Assembly (NCBI RefSeq): GCF_001186125.1
Contig: NW_014040148.1
Location: 1-64,000, forward strand
DNA: 64,000 nucleotides
Direction: 5' to 3'
From: Sphaeroforma arctica JP610
Lineage: Eukaryota
The number at the start of each line of letters is the position of its first letter. Positions within the stretch are counted from its first letter, which is position 1. Positions 1 through 13,798 of the stretch are shown here, in pieces. A program made the translations under genes and the position numbers. The notes below the pieces were generated by a model that searched no databases, was not told the DNA's origin, and saw only the letters and a list, made by a program, of their open reading frames with translations.

Positions 1-1119
1 CCCCCCCCCCCCGTCCGAGTGAGTGTGTTTATGTGTGAGCGTGTGTGACTGAACATTAGTACGTATGGATGTGCGTGTGTTGAGTGAAAGTGAGGGAGAA
101 AAGGCCCGTCAAGAAATCTCAGTATCTCACCCTCAGCTCACCCTGTGCGGATATATTCACAGTTATTAGCTAACCTCTTAGTGGAATAGCTTTTGGTCTC
201 TGCGACGCTCTAGCCGTGCTTTATTGTTTTATATTATGTACAGTGGGTCCTCGCTAGTTGTCAACCTTTTAGTTGTCCATTTCGATAAATGTCAACGTTC
301 ATTTTCGCATTGGTCAATATATTTTTTTCAGTACTATTAGCGGCTCATACATTGGCTCTACCGCTGACAGTATATCCCTATCGGTATTGAAGGACTGAAG
401 AACATATAAAACCAATCATTTCTCATATATAGAATTATGGGCCACGCTACCATAACGACACACGTTTCTCGGTGTAAATACTACTACAAGTACGTACAGA
501 ATAATAATAAATATCACAGTTGTATACACATACACCATGGCAAACGCGTAACTATCACGATGTCTAGCACAGGTAAAAGGAAGTTCGTAGAGTTAAATAG
601 ATATGGAAAAGAAGAATCTCAGTTATGATAGTTTTGTATACCAAATGTATTTTAGAGGTGGCATACTGGGGTCTGAGGGTCATGAGCATGTATCATATGG
701 TCGGATAGGCCGAAAACCTGTGGGCCAATCAAATGGCTGCAAAGTTTGTCCACTTGATAGGTGTCAACTTTCGGTTTTAGAACGGTCGTTGACAACTAGC
801 GAGGACCCACTGTTTTTATGTATAAAGGGTATACTCTGTACACCGTACAGTATTTTTAAATACATACAGCGTATGTACTTTTACACATAATATATGCACC
901 TTAATAAACGAAGGATAAATATTTATGGTGAAGTATCATTCTGCGACAAACCGGGGTACATATTCACATACAACAATAATATAAAGTACATATGTACTGG
1001 ATTTTCAATATTTTGCAAAGGAACAATCAGACACGCTTTGTCATATCTATTATCTCTACTGACATTATATACAAGACAAAGACTGGCCGAGATCCTTGTG
1101 GATACTGCAGGTGGACAGT

Positions 1120-1531
1120 ATGTCACAGCACTCCGAATCACAACCACAGTCTATGAAGAATTCTCCTCGGCCGCCACTGACAATAACACCTAAGAATGTA
1201 ACACAGGTATGTAACGGAATTTTACTTACGGGGGGCTATGTGCGTACATTCACTGCACGTCGCGCACGTGCAAAACTTAAAATCACAGTTTCACAGTTTA
1301 AAGGCTGAAAATGGTCTACAGCGTGTGTGTACATATACCCTTGTATGTGATGCAGCGTAACGCTTCAGAGCTTTCTACATACTGCCATTTCTTACGCTCT
1401 CACGGTGTACCTTACCTTTCGAGTCAACGTTCACAATAAACACCAATTGTGTGTTCATATGTATACACAGGCGCGCGTGTGTACACACATATCCATACAC
1501 ACAAACACACACACACGCAAGCACACGAATA

Positions 1532-1589
<58 letters not shown>

Positions 1590-4500
1590 TACCTTATACT
1601 ANNNNNNNNNNNNNNNNNNNNNNNNNNNNNNNNNNNNNNNNNNNNNNNNNNNNNNNNNNNNNNNNNNNNNNNNNNNNNNNNNNNNNNNNNNNNNNNNNNN
1701 NNNNNNNNNNNNNNNNNNNNNNNNNNNNNNNNNNNNNNNNNNNACTAACTACACAACATACTACACACACACACACACACGTGACGACACACACACACAC
1801 GTGACACACACACACACATACACACATATATATATATATACACACACAGACACGCTTATTCATATACATACATACATATATATATATGTATATATTTATA
1901 TTTATATATATGTATATGTATAGACATATACATACGTACATACGTACATACATACATATATATATATATATATTAAATTTATCATTAGATTTTTGTAACA
2001 TTTGCTTAATTGTTTTTTCGATGGCTGTCGGGCAAATCGTGGATGGCTAGATACTCGGTTGGAAGAGCAGTGAAGCGTAGTCCACCCTCGACGTCCGGCT
2101 TATATGTCGTACCGACAAGATCGCTGTGAGGTGAAAATCGAATCAGAACGACAACTGACAATCTGTTCCTTGTATTGCGACTGATTTTGTCGAAGGTGCC
2201 GAAGAAGAAGAAACATGGTAATTCCAAGGAAGTACGCGATGCTTTGCGCGTTAGCGGGCATACGGGAGGAAACGTATCACCAAATCGTAAACCAAAAAAG
2301 AAGAGGAAAATAATAAGGGTGGAGCGACAATTGCCCAGGTATTGTGAAAGTATCAAACAGGCTGGTTGCATGGTTGGTAAGGGCCGTACTGATAATTGCT
2401 GTTTTTTTAGATGTGAGTGACATATCTGCGGCAGTATGATGGTGGTTTAGAACGTGTGGTATTGGCGTAATTTTCGCTACATGCCAACAATCTGACAGTT
2501 TAGTGTCTTCTTCAGTGTCTCCACCTAACCGTCTAGGGCACCAAACGTGTCGACACACCTACTCGGTTTTCCCATTGACTAAATAAGAAATGGCGCAAAA
2601 ACATTTATACACTATCGGATACACAGTAAGGTTGAAGCTGTGGATGTCAATTCTATTCCCTATAAGCGCTTGTGCGTGTTGGAGCGAAGACTCGATGCAA
2701 TGATCATGCGCAAACGGTTCGAGCTACAGGATCACCTGCGACGTCCCCATCGAGCAACGAAGACACTGCGAATATTCGGTATATGTCTGCTTTGTTTGTA
2801 TGTTGTATGCACGATTGCGTTAGTCGTGTCGAACGTGGATATGTTCTGAATCTGAATTGCTTGCGTGGTAGTTGTGGTACTCAATGTACACGTTTGAGTT
2901 CAAACCTGCTCGATATGCTGGCAAGCTAAATACCTTCGCAAGTGCACCATCAATCCGGATTCATGGGTATATTCACTACGGCTTTGCTAAGTGCTCAGGT
3001 GGATATGGGATTAAGCTACGTACTTTATCTGTGCCTCCTCGCATCCTAAACATTGCGTTTTCCCTTCTGAAGTATCCTTGACTTCATCATGCTCACATGT
3101 GGGACACGGTTGGATTTATGGCAGTGTCCGCTAAAGCGGAAGAGGATGCTTGGACATTACGAGTTGAGGGGAAAGTATTGGATGATATAGCAATTAAGGA
3201 GAGACGCCGCAAGTTTTCGAGTTTCTTCTCTAAGATCGTAATCGAACTGAATAAGGACGAGTACAAAGACAAGCATCTAGTGGAGGTATGTACCCGTGGT
3301 CATGTCTACATAGTGTATTTTAGTCCGTGTAAGCTCACCAGTCTTCCAGGAAAAGCACTCCTCAGCATGCGCAATACCAATCTAGAATAGGGAAGCCATA
3401 CAAAAGGTTCCATTAGTATGCCGGCCGCTTTGTTTGCTCTTGAGTGTTCTTCACCTTTCATTAAGCATCCACTACCTTTTAAAACCAACACAGTGGCATC
3501 GCCCAGCGGATTTGGCAGATCTGGACGGAATAGAAGTAAAAAGAAAAGGAACAATCAACACAACAGTATGTTGTGTATAAACGTGGTTGGAGGCTGATAC
3601 AAGTTTCTGTATATACAAAACTACTAATCGCATTCGGGGCTAATCTCACTGACCACCATAATGATCGATTGCGTTAAATGCATTTTCTTTTGCATTTTAT
3701 TGTTTGCTGGTTAAAAGCCCCGCCGGGTGCTAACAGCTCCATCAGGTGCTATCAGCCTACCATTTCGTAATGTTTCCACCACATACTCTTGATGTGACAG
3801 GCCAAGCTCATTCTAGAACGAGACAACCAACCCCCAGTTTACAAACTGGATGCGAGGCTTGCGAAGCTGTTGGGAATTGAGAGGGGTACAAGCTCGTTTA
3901 TTATCACTGCCCTATGGCAGTATATACAGGTTTGTGAATGTCTAAACCACATGCAAATCTCACGGCATCAATCAGCAGATTTCATTCTACAGGTGTATGT
4001 AAAAGCACGCTATCCGGGTTGTCTCCTTTCAGTACTTCACACACTTCGTCTGTGCCAGAGTTTTCGGACTGAAATGCAGCCGACATATCGTTGAGCTATG
4101 AGTTTTCGAGGGTTATTTTAGACCGTAGTATCAGAGAGAAATGCTCATTCATTTGGCAGTGTATGACTTTCGGCATTGTCAGAGTAGTCTTAGGTAAGCT
4201 ATCAACGTCCCGCGCGGACTAGGTAATTGTACTAACTGCCAATCGGTTTATGTTTACTTGTTCATGCAGAAGAATAAACTCCAAGATAAAACAAGGATAA
4301 TCAACGACATATATCTACAACAGGTATGTAATTCCTTTTGCCGCATATGCTTCTCATCTTAGAGGGTGAATTTTGTGGCTGACAGTCTTCAACATGTAGG
4401 CATCGTTCCTCAAACCTAACCCATAGCATTGAAAGTACTGACACGATATTCTTTGAACAGATTTTCGGCCGTATTGAGATGGACTTTACGTCGCTCGCAG

Positions 4501-6123
4501 CGGAATTGCGACCGTTTTTATTACCTTTGGATGTAATTGCCCTGGAATACGAAATCAGGTTAGTTAAGCTCAGTACGACATACGTATTTGCTGATACTTT
4601 TAATACGTATTTGCTGATACTTTTGATTGTGGTTTAACGTTTACAAGTGTATTCAATTGTTTCACGACTTCGGCGAGTATATCCACGCATAGTCTATGCT
4701 GGATAAGTTCTTGCGAGGCTTTCTGCATCTGTATGGTACTGTGGAAACACCTGCAACGCTACGACGGGATGTCAAATCTCAATTGAATATTTATTTGTGT
4801 GCTGAAACTTGCAAAGCCTGACGGTCTTAATTTATCACACCACTTTCGCGGTGGTCATTTAGGCCTGGGGACGGCGAAGGCAAGGATCTAGTCGTGGATA
4901 TTGAGGTGCAGGGTGGAGACAACATACAGCGCACGGAAGCACATAATTTTTTGCTGAATACGGTCGATGGCGAACTTAATCAAATTAATCAATTCGACCA
5001 TCAGGTCAGTTTATCATGCGTGCTCGTGGGTTGTCCCAGTGAATTCGTTTCGTGGTTTTATAAAGTTATCGTTGTGAGGTATGTTTTCGTATTTTAATCT
5101 GAAAGTAGTGTGGTCACCGGCGTGGCGTGCCTTGATTGCACGGTGGTCTCAGTCAGGCTGCGTGAGCGGATGGGTGTTCTCATTTGTGGCACAAAGTGAT
5201 GACAATATCAATTTTTGCACAAATGCGTTCAAAACTTCGTACTCACTGTAGAAGACCATACTTTTTCTGGTAGCACAGTTAAAATCTACGTACGTTTTCT
5301 CCGTGTATCCTTGGTTATTTTGTAATTGGACGTACATTGGTGTGTTCAGTGAGGAGAGTGCGGGCGCGTATAAGTCGTATTTTGTGTGCGCTTTGCATGC
5401 TCATGCGAAATCAGTTGTGTTGCAGCTAAAGTTGTTCAATGGCTATATGTTCCTATGGGTTTTGGTATATTGCGCCTCGTTGGAACCTCGGTAAATTGAC
5501 AATCAATCGTATCCCAGGTAGGTGCGGGATGCGTGCGTATACCGAACACGGTACCAATTGAGTTTCCAACTTGCATGCCAACCTTTTTATATTATTTTCT
5601 CTATCATAGATTAAGACAAAGATCGCAAAACTGCAAGAGGCAATGAAAAAACGAAATTTCATGAAACGATTCGCTGCGGATCCGGTGGCCTTCTCACAGA
5701 GCTGGGTCGAATCACAATATAGAGACTATAAGGTAATGTGTGCCGCAACTTCAATTAGCTTTTATATTTATCGAAATCTTATAACGAATGAAGTATATTC
5801 TGATGATAGAACTATATCTGAAATGTGGCTTGAAACTTCACTGAAGTATTTCTGGTGGAGCATTATTCGCAGTCGGTTTTTTTTTAGGGAATGATAATAG
5901 CAACTCCTCACGATATCGCGATTGTAACTCTCTACATCCTTCTTGTATCATTCTCGACCTTCAGACAGCCCACAATTTGCGCGGCAATGCGGAGGAAGAG
6001 AGATCGGCGGTCTTCTACCACAAACCCTGGGCAGAAGAAGCCACCTGGAAGTATCTCACGGAGAAGAGTGTGGGCAAACGAGAACAACTGGAAGAACAAG
6101 TGCAAATGCTAAAGAATAACTAG
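1120..6123 (+). CDS. SMARCD: SWI/SNF subunit SMARCD/BAF60 (SWIB domain), 11 coding exons, ~439 aa
   Basis: Phase-consistent GT-AG exons 1120-1206, 2196-2338, 2627-2778, 3125-3285, 3494-3565, 3801-3929, 4270-4323, 4461-4558, 4863-5004, 5610-5732, 5965-6123. Translation has BAF60 hallmarks [46 protein letters not shown] core [44 protein letters not shown] and [17 protein letters not shown]. The start codon is less certain than the internal exons. Confidence 0.93.
1460..1975. repeat. (CA)n/(TA)n/(TACA)n microsatellite in SMARCD intron 1, spanning an N-gap
   Basis: Directly visible; gap at 1602-1743. Confidence 0.95.
4581..4624 (+). repeat. 23-bp tandem duplication in a SMARCD intron
   Basis: tacgtatttgctgatactttt occurs twice head-to-tail. 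Confidence 0.9.
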
Positions 6124-6179
6124 GATGGGTGGCGTCGCGTAACTGATATATTTCAATATATCATTATATTATTATATCA

Positions 6180-6290
6180 ATATATATATATGTGTATATA
6201 TATATACATGTATATATACATATACATATATATATATATATACATATACACATATATATGTATGTGTACACACACACACGCACACACATA
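6180..6290. repeat. (TA)n/(CA)n microsatellite 3' of SMARCD
   Basis: Directly visible. Confidence 0.9.
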
Positions 6291-8210
6291 TTGCTGCTGG
6301 CTACATACAAGAAGTACCTTTCCATGTCAATGAGATAAATACAAACGACTATCGCAAATCACGGTGGCACAGGCGGACCCCTCCTGCAGTTGCTTGATTG
6401 TAAAAAGCAATCTTCAAAATCATTACTTGACCACGTTCTCTACTATATAACATGTCACTCAACTTGTACTTGCGACGATCTTATGTTACATCGGCGAGTT
6501 CTGCTTTGTCAACGAACTTTGAAGTGTAAAACTCTGCATTCTCATTTTGAATTCGTCCAGAATCACTTCAGTGGTAAGACAAGAATCCATAGAATCATTT
6601 CAACTGGACATATCATGGTTGATCTCAGAAGGTCCAAGTACTTGATTGTATGCTCCTTCGCCAAGAACACGACCATAGACTACCTACGCTATTCGATCAC
6701 AGAAATTAAGTCTGCAAAACACCCTACAGCGGACAAGTGCATACTACCAGTGTGATACAAGACTTAAATTGCGAAATAAATAAATCATGGAACTATATCG
6801 CAACAGCATTCCTAGAGAACGGCTGGCTTGCGCATCAGGGGTCAACGTAGTATTAACATCACGAGGACAGCTAGGTTCGTGACGTGACCAACTGTACTGA
6901 GAATTGGATGAAGCTTGAGTTCTTTCAAACTGGGCCTTCCTATAAATCTAAGAAGTAGGGCACAATAATTGTTACTTGGGCATGATAGTGCAGTTGTATA
7001 CTGTTCATGAGATATGCCGATACGCCACTGGTCTCGCACTATGTAAGCACCACCTACAATAATTATAAAATTTTATTCGCGTCGCTTATATCTTGAATTT
7101 AACAGCTAAACCATTTATAAGATTCAAACGAAGAAGGAAAAGCCAAATAAATATGTATGAAGCAAACGAACATAGAATACATCCAACAAATACAATGAAC
7201 AGCTCTTCGCAGATAATTTAGGTTTCTATTTGCGTGGTAAGTCGACTACAGTTGCTTAATTCTAGCTTTATATAGCTTCCACGCATTATCCCTATAGATC
7301 TATAAGCTCTTAAAAAACAAAGATGGGACATAAACCAACTCTAAATACATACCAGTATGACGTTAATAACGTATGAACAAATGAGTCACGCTTTATCCCT
7401 ATACGAAAACACAAAAAGCTTCAAGCAAAAATGGGACACTAAACGCAACTCTGATAATAACATTGATAACGTGTACTCGACTGTACAAATATGTCACGTG
7501 GATGCATAAAAAGCTTGAATAAGCGAAGGCGGGACATAAAATGCACCGTTGAATATGTCTATATAAAAATATATGACTATATGTACGACGATATTTTATG
7601 TTATATATATATATTTTATAAGCAACTGTGATCGGATGTACGTGACGCTGGCGCCCAACCATTTTTTTATGGTTTTTTCCACAGCCCTCTGTTGTTCAAT
7701 TTAGAGAGGGCTATGTTTTTTTCTGGGGATGTTTTTATTTCTTGTACGTACATATTTTGTTTTTTACAAGAAACAAAACATAAAAAAATAAAAGGGGCAT
7801 TTGCGGGAAATACCATGGCTCGATCAGTTCATATTTAGTGCTTTTAAAACCTTGGCGCGAATTTTATTTATAAAATGCATCAAATACCGGTTGTGAAGTT
7901 GAGATTTTACTTTCGTGTGAACAATATTTAAAAAATATATCGAGATAAATAAATACTTGACCCCCGTTTAATTTTTAAAAAGCACAAGGCTGCTAGGGAA
8001 TTGTCCGTAGTATTGAGCGTCCAAGTACGTATGTCTGTGTAAAGTCAGCTTGTGTGCTTAAAGTGCGTGTGTATGCTAAGAGTGTATATGTACTTTTAAG
8101 GTACGTATATATCCTCCAGAGTGCGTATGCATGCCTAAAGCGTGTTTGTTAATGTATGCACATCACCCGTAGCTTGGCATCCACATTGCAATTCTCACAC
8201 GTATACTACG

Positions 8211-11200
8211 ATGATCAACGCCAAAATTTTATCGCGGTCAATTTCCGAAAACGCAACGCTAGAGAACACAGATCGTTACCTTAGAGATGGCTTTGAACCT
8301 GTGTCGAATCTGTATACGTCCACCGATGGAGAGGGTGTATTATCTCAAAGCATTAGAGTCAGGTCTGGCGGAAGAAGAAATGACTATTTAGATATTCGAC
8401 GCAGCGTGACTCCATTAGACGCTCATCTAGCAGGATTGGTACACGAATCCATGTACAAGTGTCACACTAAAGATCGTAAGACCTCGCCTGAAAGAGTGCG
8501 CAGAGTATCGATAAGTGCAGCGGATATGGATGTATCAGCCACAAGACACCGCTCTGTGCCTGAACACGGGCGTATGAAGCGTCAGGACAGTGGATTATCT
8601 TGTAATAGTAATAGTTCCGCATATCAGAACTCACAGCGACATAATCTGGAATGCACGCGACACAGTCCAGAGACGGACGAATTATTGGCACTCGTGTCAA
8701 CAGCCTCGGTTGGCCGTGGGAAAACTAGTTCGCGCTCGCAATTGCAATCACAAACGCAGAAAATGTACAAGGATACACACACAAGTGCTCAAGTGGAGCG
8801 GAAGAAGTGGTCATTACGCTTGCCTACGTCCTGGGTGTCGACTAAGAAGGTGGCAGGTCCAACAGAATACGTGGAAGGGGGTAGTTCTAGCTTGCGGTCT
8901 TTGCATATCACAAAGGATAAGGGTAAGAAGTATATGTCAGCACCGAATAGCAGTAGCCGAAGTGATATCAAGAAACAATTGTCAGCACCAAATAGCAGTA
9001 GCCGAAGTGATATTAAGAGAGGTAAAGCAATGAACGAGCATATGGACTCACTATCTGATGCACAGCACCGATCCCGTTCTGTGCCTCCCCATCCCATTAG
9101 AATCAACAGAACAGCTAGTAACATACCTACGAACGCATGTTTGAAACCAGAACCTAGGCGCACGCACGTTCGCCGCCATAGTGATCCAAAGAGGCCAAAT
9201 AGCACTTTTCTTGCGTCCATCAGAAAGGTTAATACGTCGCTGGGTCTTGCGAAGAACAGAAACGGTCGAAGTATATCCACACCTGAGAATTTTGTACCCG
9301 AAGTGAAGTGTGCAGGTTCGTACACAGGGATGAAATGGAACGGGAAAGATGTTAAGAGAGATAAAAAGAACGGATTTCTAAAGAGCAGTCAGAAACATAG
9401 CAAAGAGACTGGTGGTTTACCACGCACAAGCAACCGCCACTCGGGGCTCTTTAACGGTCGATCTCGCGCACATTTTATAGGTCTGAGTGAGAATGAAATA
9501 TACGAGGGTGGTATTGGCGCATCGTCGGAATCTGCCGAGTTGGTAATAAAACCACATTCCAGTGTTCCTGCGATCCCAAGCAGCAATTCCCATAGCACGA
9601 CGTTAGGCTTGGTCAGGAGCACCACTGAGCGGGAATTGCTAGCATTCGATGCCGGAGATTCATACCAGGTTTCCGAGGAGCCATCATATATGCATCTGTA
9701 TGAGAGTTTGGCAATGCGTCGTAGCAGGGAGAGATCAGATCACGACGTGCAGTCGACTGAAGATAATGAGTACAGCACGCACGCGGCATTATTTGAAGAG
9801 TACACAAAGGGAATGATTGATAGGATCCTTGATGCCAATAGTGAAGGCGAAGCTGTGAGATCGTATCGGGGTGTAAATACTTTGTCTGAAGGCGCTATTC
9901 ACGGCACTTCTACTAGGCCCCCAAGCAGGACTTCCAATGCCACTATTAGCGGACAGCTTCGGCACCAAGACAGCTTCGGCACGAATGCTAGTTCGCTTTC
10001 AAGCTGCAGTGAGAGTAGTTTCGGATACCATGAACGCACTAAAAGTACATCTTCGATTGACGCACCCTGTGGGACGCCCTCGCCTGGTCTAATGGTAGGA
10101 AAACCGTGCAATCATGCGCTCGAGTATACATTGTCTGAGTGCGATTGTCACTTGACTGCTGAAGTGGGACAGTCAGTGCATGCGTGCACAGAAATAAGAG
10201 GCTGTCTGGAAGTGTGCACAGACATGACTGTGCACATAGAACCGCAAGCGTCAGTAGACGATACACTCCTTACGCAGGAGCATTGTCATCCAAACATACC
10301 TCAGGGACAAGCATGGAGTGGTGTCCACACTAAACGCGGACATCATGCTTACGAGTCGCACGAGCGCACTGCTATGTGCATCTTGTGTGGACAGGTAATG
10401 AAGAAACGCGGGGAAGCGCTCTATGTTGCGGCGTGCGGCCATACCTACCACTGGGGGTGTGCCAATGAATTGCAGTTATCAACGGAGACTAAAATCGGAA
10501 CGCCATTGCCCTGTTATGTTTGCACGTAAGTTTTTTTTTGCTTATATCAATAAGTGCGCTTGATAGCAATGCTTAAAGAAATGTGGTCAAATTCGTCGCA
10601 CATTTTGTGTTATATTTCAGTTTTTTAGTCGCTTCGGTGTAGCGATGTTTGTCAGCACAACAAACCACCAAGAATCTCATTTTTGCCATGTTTCTATGTT
10701 GTTTTGTTGAGACAGGTCCTTTCCGTTCGCTTTCAATACCTACGCTGTGCTCGATTTAAGCGAAGATGAAGCTGTCGAGTACCTGCGAAAGGATGGTCGT
10801 GATGGTTCGTTCCTGTTGCGCACCGCATATTCGCCAGAGAAGAGCTACCACCAAGTAATATCCTGTGTACAACAGGTAAGGATGGGTATTTCTTGCTACA
10901 GAGTGTATGATCGTGATCCATGTTAGTGGCCTATTGTAGATTTATATATATAATTGGCACGATCGGACTCGTACAAAAGGCAGTACTTTTTATTATTTTC
11001 CCTAGCCCTCTGCAGATCAATAAAGCACTTTTGTGTGTTTGTGAGCGCCATTATTATTCATGTTTATAATCCCACTTTAGATGGAGAACATTCATAAGAG
11101 GTATCTAGCGTGCGTTCTGGCTAACATTATAGAACCTAATACCCTATCTATTTACGCTGTACAGGATGTTGTGAAGCACTTGCAAGTACACACCACGGAA

Positions 11201-11356
11201 TCCGGATCATTCGCACTTGCGGACATGCGCGATTTCCTAACGATTGATGAGATAGTGTTCGACCTGTACCGGAATGCCTTTGCTGTTCACGAAGGCGGTG
11301 TCGCTGCCTACTGGCAACTCAAACAACCCTGTCGTAGAAGTAACATCGACGTGTGA
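8211..11356 (+). CDS. RING-H2 + C-terminal SH2 domain protein with long Ser/Arg-rich N-terminus, 3 exons, ~888 aa
   Basis: Exons 8211-10525 (TGC AC|gtaagt), 10716-10875 (gacag|G TCC..CAA CAG|gtaag) and 11165-11356 (tacag|GAT..TGA) are in phase. RING-H2: CILC..CGHTYHWGC..CYVC. SH2: LDLSEDEAVEYLRKDGRDGSFLLRTAYS..QVISCVQQDVVKHLQVH..GSFAL..FLTIDEIVFDLY..LKQPC. The first in-frame ATG is 8211; the ORF track uses an upstream GTG. Confidence 0.85.
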
Positions 11357-13798
11357 GCTGAAAACTGTTACTCAAGCACTATTCTGAGTTATCATGTATC
11401 CGCTGTATACCTCCAAGTATACAATTGGCGTTGGTGAGCACAGAGTATATAACGATTGTTCAGCTGTAGAATCAACTGAGCTTTATGACTATGTCATGCA
11501 GGACATGCGTGTAGTCTAATGTTGCAAATATGTTGATTGAGATCGCGCTGACAACGAGAAAGCAAAAGCATTTACAGAACTCATCCAAGGCACGCGCTCA
11601 TCCTAGCTGTATATCTATGTATTGGCTATTTAGTGAGCATTGATCATCGAGCCTATCTACTTTATTTCCCCCTTCTTATTTCGCCAAGGTTAATACATCC
11701 TTGGTACTTCAAAAACACAACAAACCTTGAAATCTTTTAATTAGTACGCTGCGGAAAACAACAAGCGTTGACACCTTGAATCAGTACTACTTCCTCTCTG
11801 AAGCTACGCTACACCTACAAGAATAAACTTAAGTCGAATTTGCTGGTGGTGCGTATATCATTTTCCATTTTGCGACTCGATATTTGCATAATTAATAGTG
11901 CCAATAGTGCAACCTTGGAACGATTCAATAGTCACATAATTTCCATCTCACGTGCACATGTTCATTACAAGCATCATTGCTGTTGTAAAGTTGATCTCGT
12001 TTTAATGACTAGCAGTTATGACAGTAAGTAAACATACAAGTTACTATCCACACGGGGTAAAAGCCGCTTGTACTGGTACGAATGAGCTTGTGCATACCAC
12101 ATTGTTTTGGAAAATCATAATATCACCCGATACAGACGCGCGTCAAAGTGCAGTTGTAGCTGACAATGTGTTGGTTGAACACAAAGAGCATGTGAATCGT
12201 GTGTATCTACAACTAGTAGTGCAAATAAATCTCGGGTCGTCAGGAACAGATTGGATATCCTTTGAACCAATACGTGTTGCAAAGGAAACGTGTTCAGGAT
12301 AACATCGAATAACAGTACATTCGTAAGATGGGAGGGTATCTGAAAAATCGAATTGTCAGCACTGAATGGCTGCTGTATTTTAAAAAGAAACAAACGAGTG
12401 CATGCAACTTATGAATAGTAAGATATGAAACGATGACCAAGAGCAGAACTGCTAACGCTTTATCCCAATTCATCAGTAGTATTCTGTAGCAGTTGCCTAT
12501 GGCATCTTCCTTACGACCACCTCAGTGCATATTTACAACCGATGGACAACCAAATGGCTGATTGCTTTATTGCGTAGAAAGAGTTTCCTTTCCTGTGAGT
12601 ATTCCATTCGGATCTATCGCTATAGGGGCGTATGTAGCTCAGCTGATCCTGTCAGCTTTCAAAACCAACATTCTCTGCGCCAGTTCAACATAATACAACT
12701 TCAGCGTTGCATGTGTACCAAATTTTGTATAAGTGTGTTCACCCGTGTTTTGTGCAGCACGCTGGAATCTGGATCAGATAGGCAACACGCGAGAACATAC
12801 TTGGAAAGTTTCAACACGGCTAAACTGCTGAAGCATAGTGACTGACAGCGATGAACCGCGTTGCTGCAAAGAAGTGACCACTCTTCATGCGCGCTGCTAT
12901 CATCAAGCCTTTCAATCATTGTGAATATTTAGGGCAAGCACACATCATACTTTAACTGAGTCCGTCGGTAGACTAATTAAAAGCATTGTTGACCAAAAGG
13001 TATCTTCTCGAGGCCTATCACCACGATCATGCAGGCATTCTGCAGGGGTGTAACCTTGAGTGATTTCTGAAGCAGGTCTCCTTGCGCAGTCGTCAAATAA
13101 TGTACGGCTGAGTGTGAGGGCGCATGTAAGTGTACGAGACGCATAGTTTCCGGTACGCACATATCAATCCAACTCTTCAACGATTAATATTAAAGCTGAC
13201 TTGCGTGACTGGCTCTCCACAGAAAGGAAATGTATGCGTGTGTGCGAGTCATCAGTCATGCCGGCAAACGTGTCCGCATATGTTGACGATAATCAATTAT
13301 TTTTTCCAATCGACAGATTTGAACACCTCAAAACGTCGACGAGAGATGTCCCTTGCTAGTTGACTAAACGATGACGCGTGCGTTCGAAATTGCGCGTACG
13401 ACCTGGTTTTGCTTTGATTGAAGTTTGTTCGTTTGACGGCAGAGCAAGAAGCCCTCCATTCCCACCATTGACCAAGCTCTCTGATTTCAACTCACATCGG
13501 AACGTTTTGTTCCGTCTGAACTCCCGCGGACGTCTCTCTCCAATGTTTTCCTATGGTGAAATGAAGTATATCATAAGATTAGAATAACAAGATATCTTCT
13601 TCAATTTAATACAACTGATCTGACGACGCAATCCAAATGTGCAATATACAAAAGAATATTTACTATATTACGTCCTATGACCGTTTATGGAGGGAGAAAC
13701 TTGGAGAAACCAGAACGATTGCCTGTGGAGAATTCCCTTGGTGATACTAGATCTTCGAGAAGTTATACAACTTTGCTCCCGATATGGGAAAGAGCATA

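Noticed and set aside
560..572. Upstream mini-exon ATGTCTAGCACAG|gt as the SMARCD start
   Set aside because: Splicing to 1111 gives the wrong frame (stop at 1191-1193); at most a uORF or 5'-UTR exon.
1405..2001. ORF-track entries over microsatellites and N-gaps (also ~15 kb, ~23 kb, 34-35 kb, 42.6-43.5 kb, 44.8-45.4 kb)
   Set aside because: Artefacts of simple repeats and runs of N.
6590..6690. Minus-strand VVYGRVLGEGAYNQV resembling a kinase Gly-rich loop
   Set aside because: Followed by a stop after about 12 codons, with no VAxK, HRD or DFG motifs.
7649..7659. TGGCGCCCAAC matching a tRNA-Lys primer-binding site
   Set aside because: No preceding CA-ended LTR and no gag/pol downstream.
10527..10529. 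Stop codon of the 795-aa RING ORF
   Set aside because: It overlaps a consensus donor (gtaagt), and in-phase exons complete an SH2 domain.
11081..11164. Alternative acceptor or ATG at 11081 for the last SH2 exon
   Set aside because: It is in frame but would insert 28 aa between SH2 strands betaC and betaD; the 11165 acceptor gives canonical spacing. Not excluded as a minor isoform.
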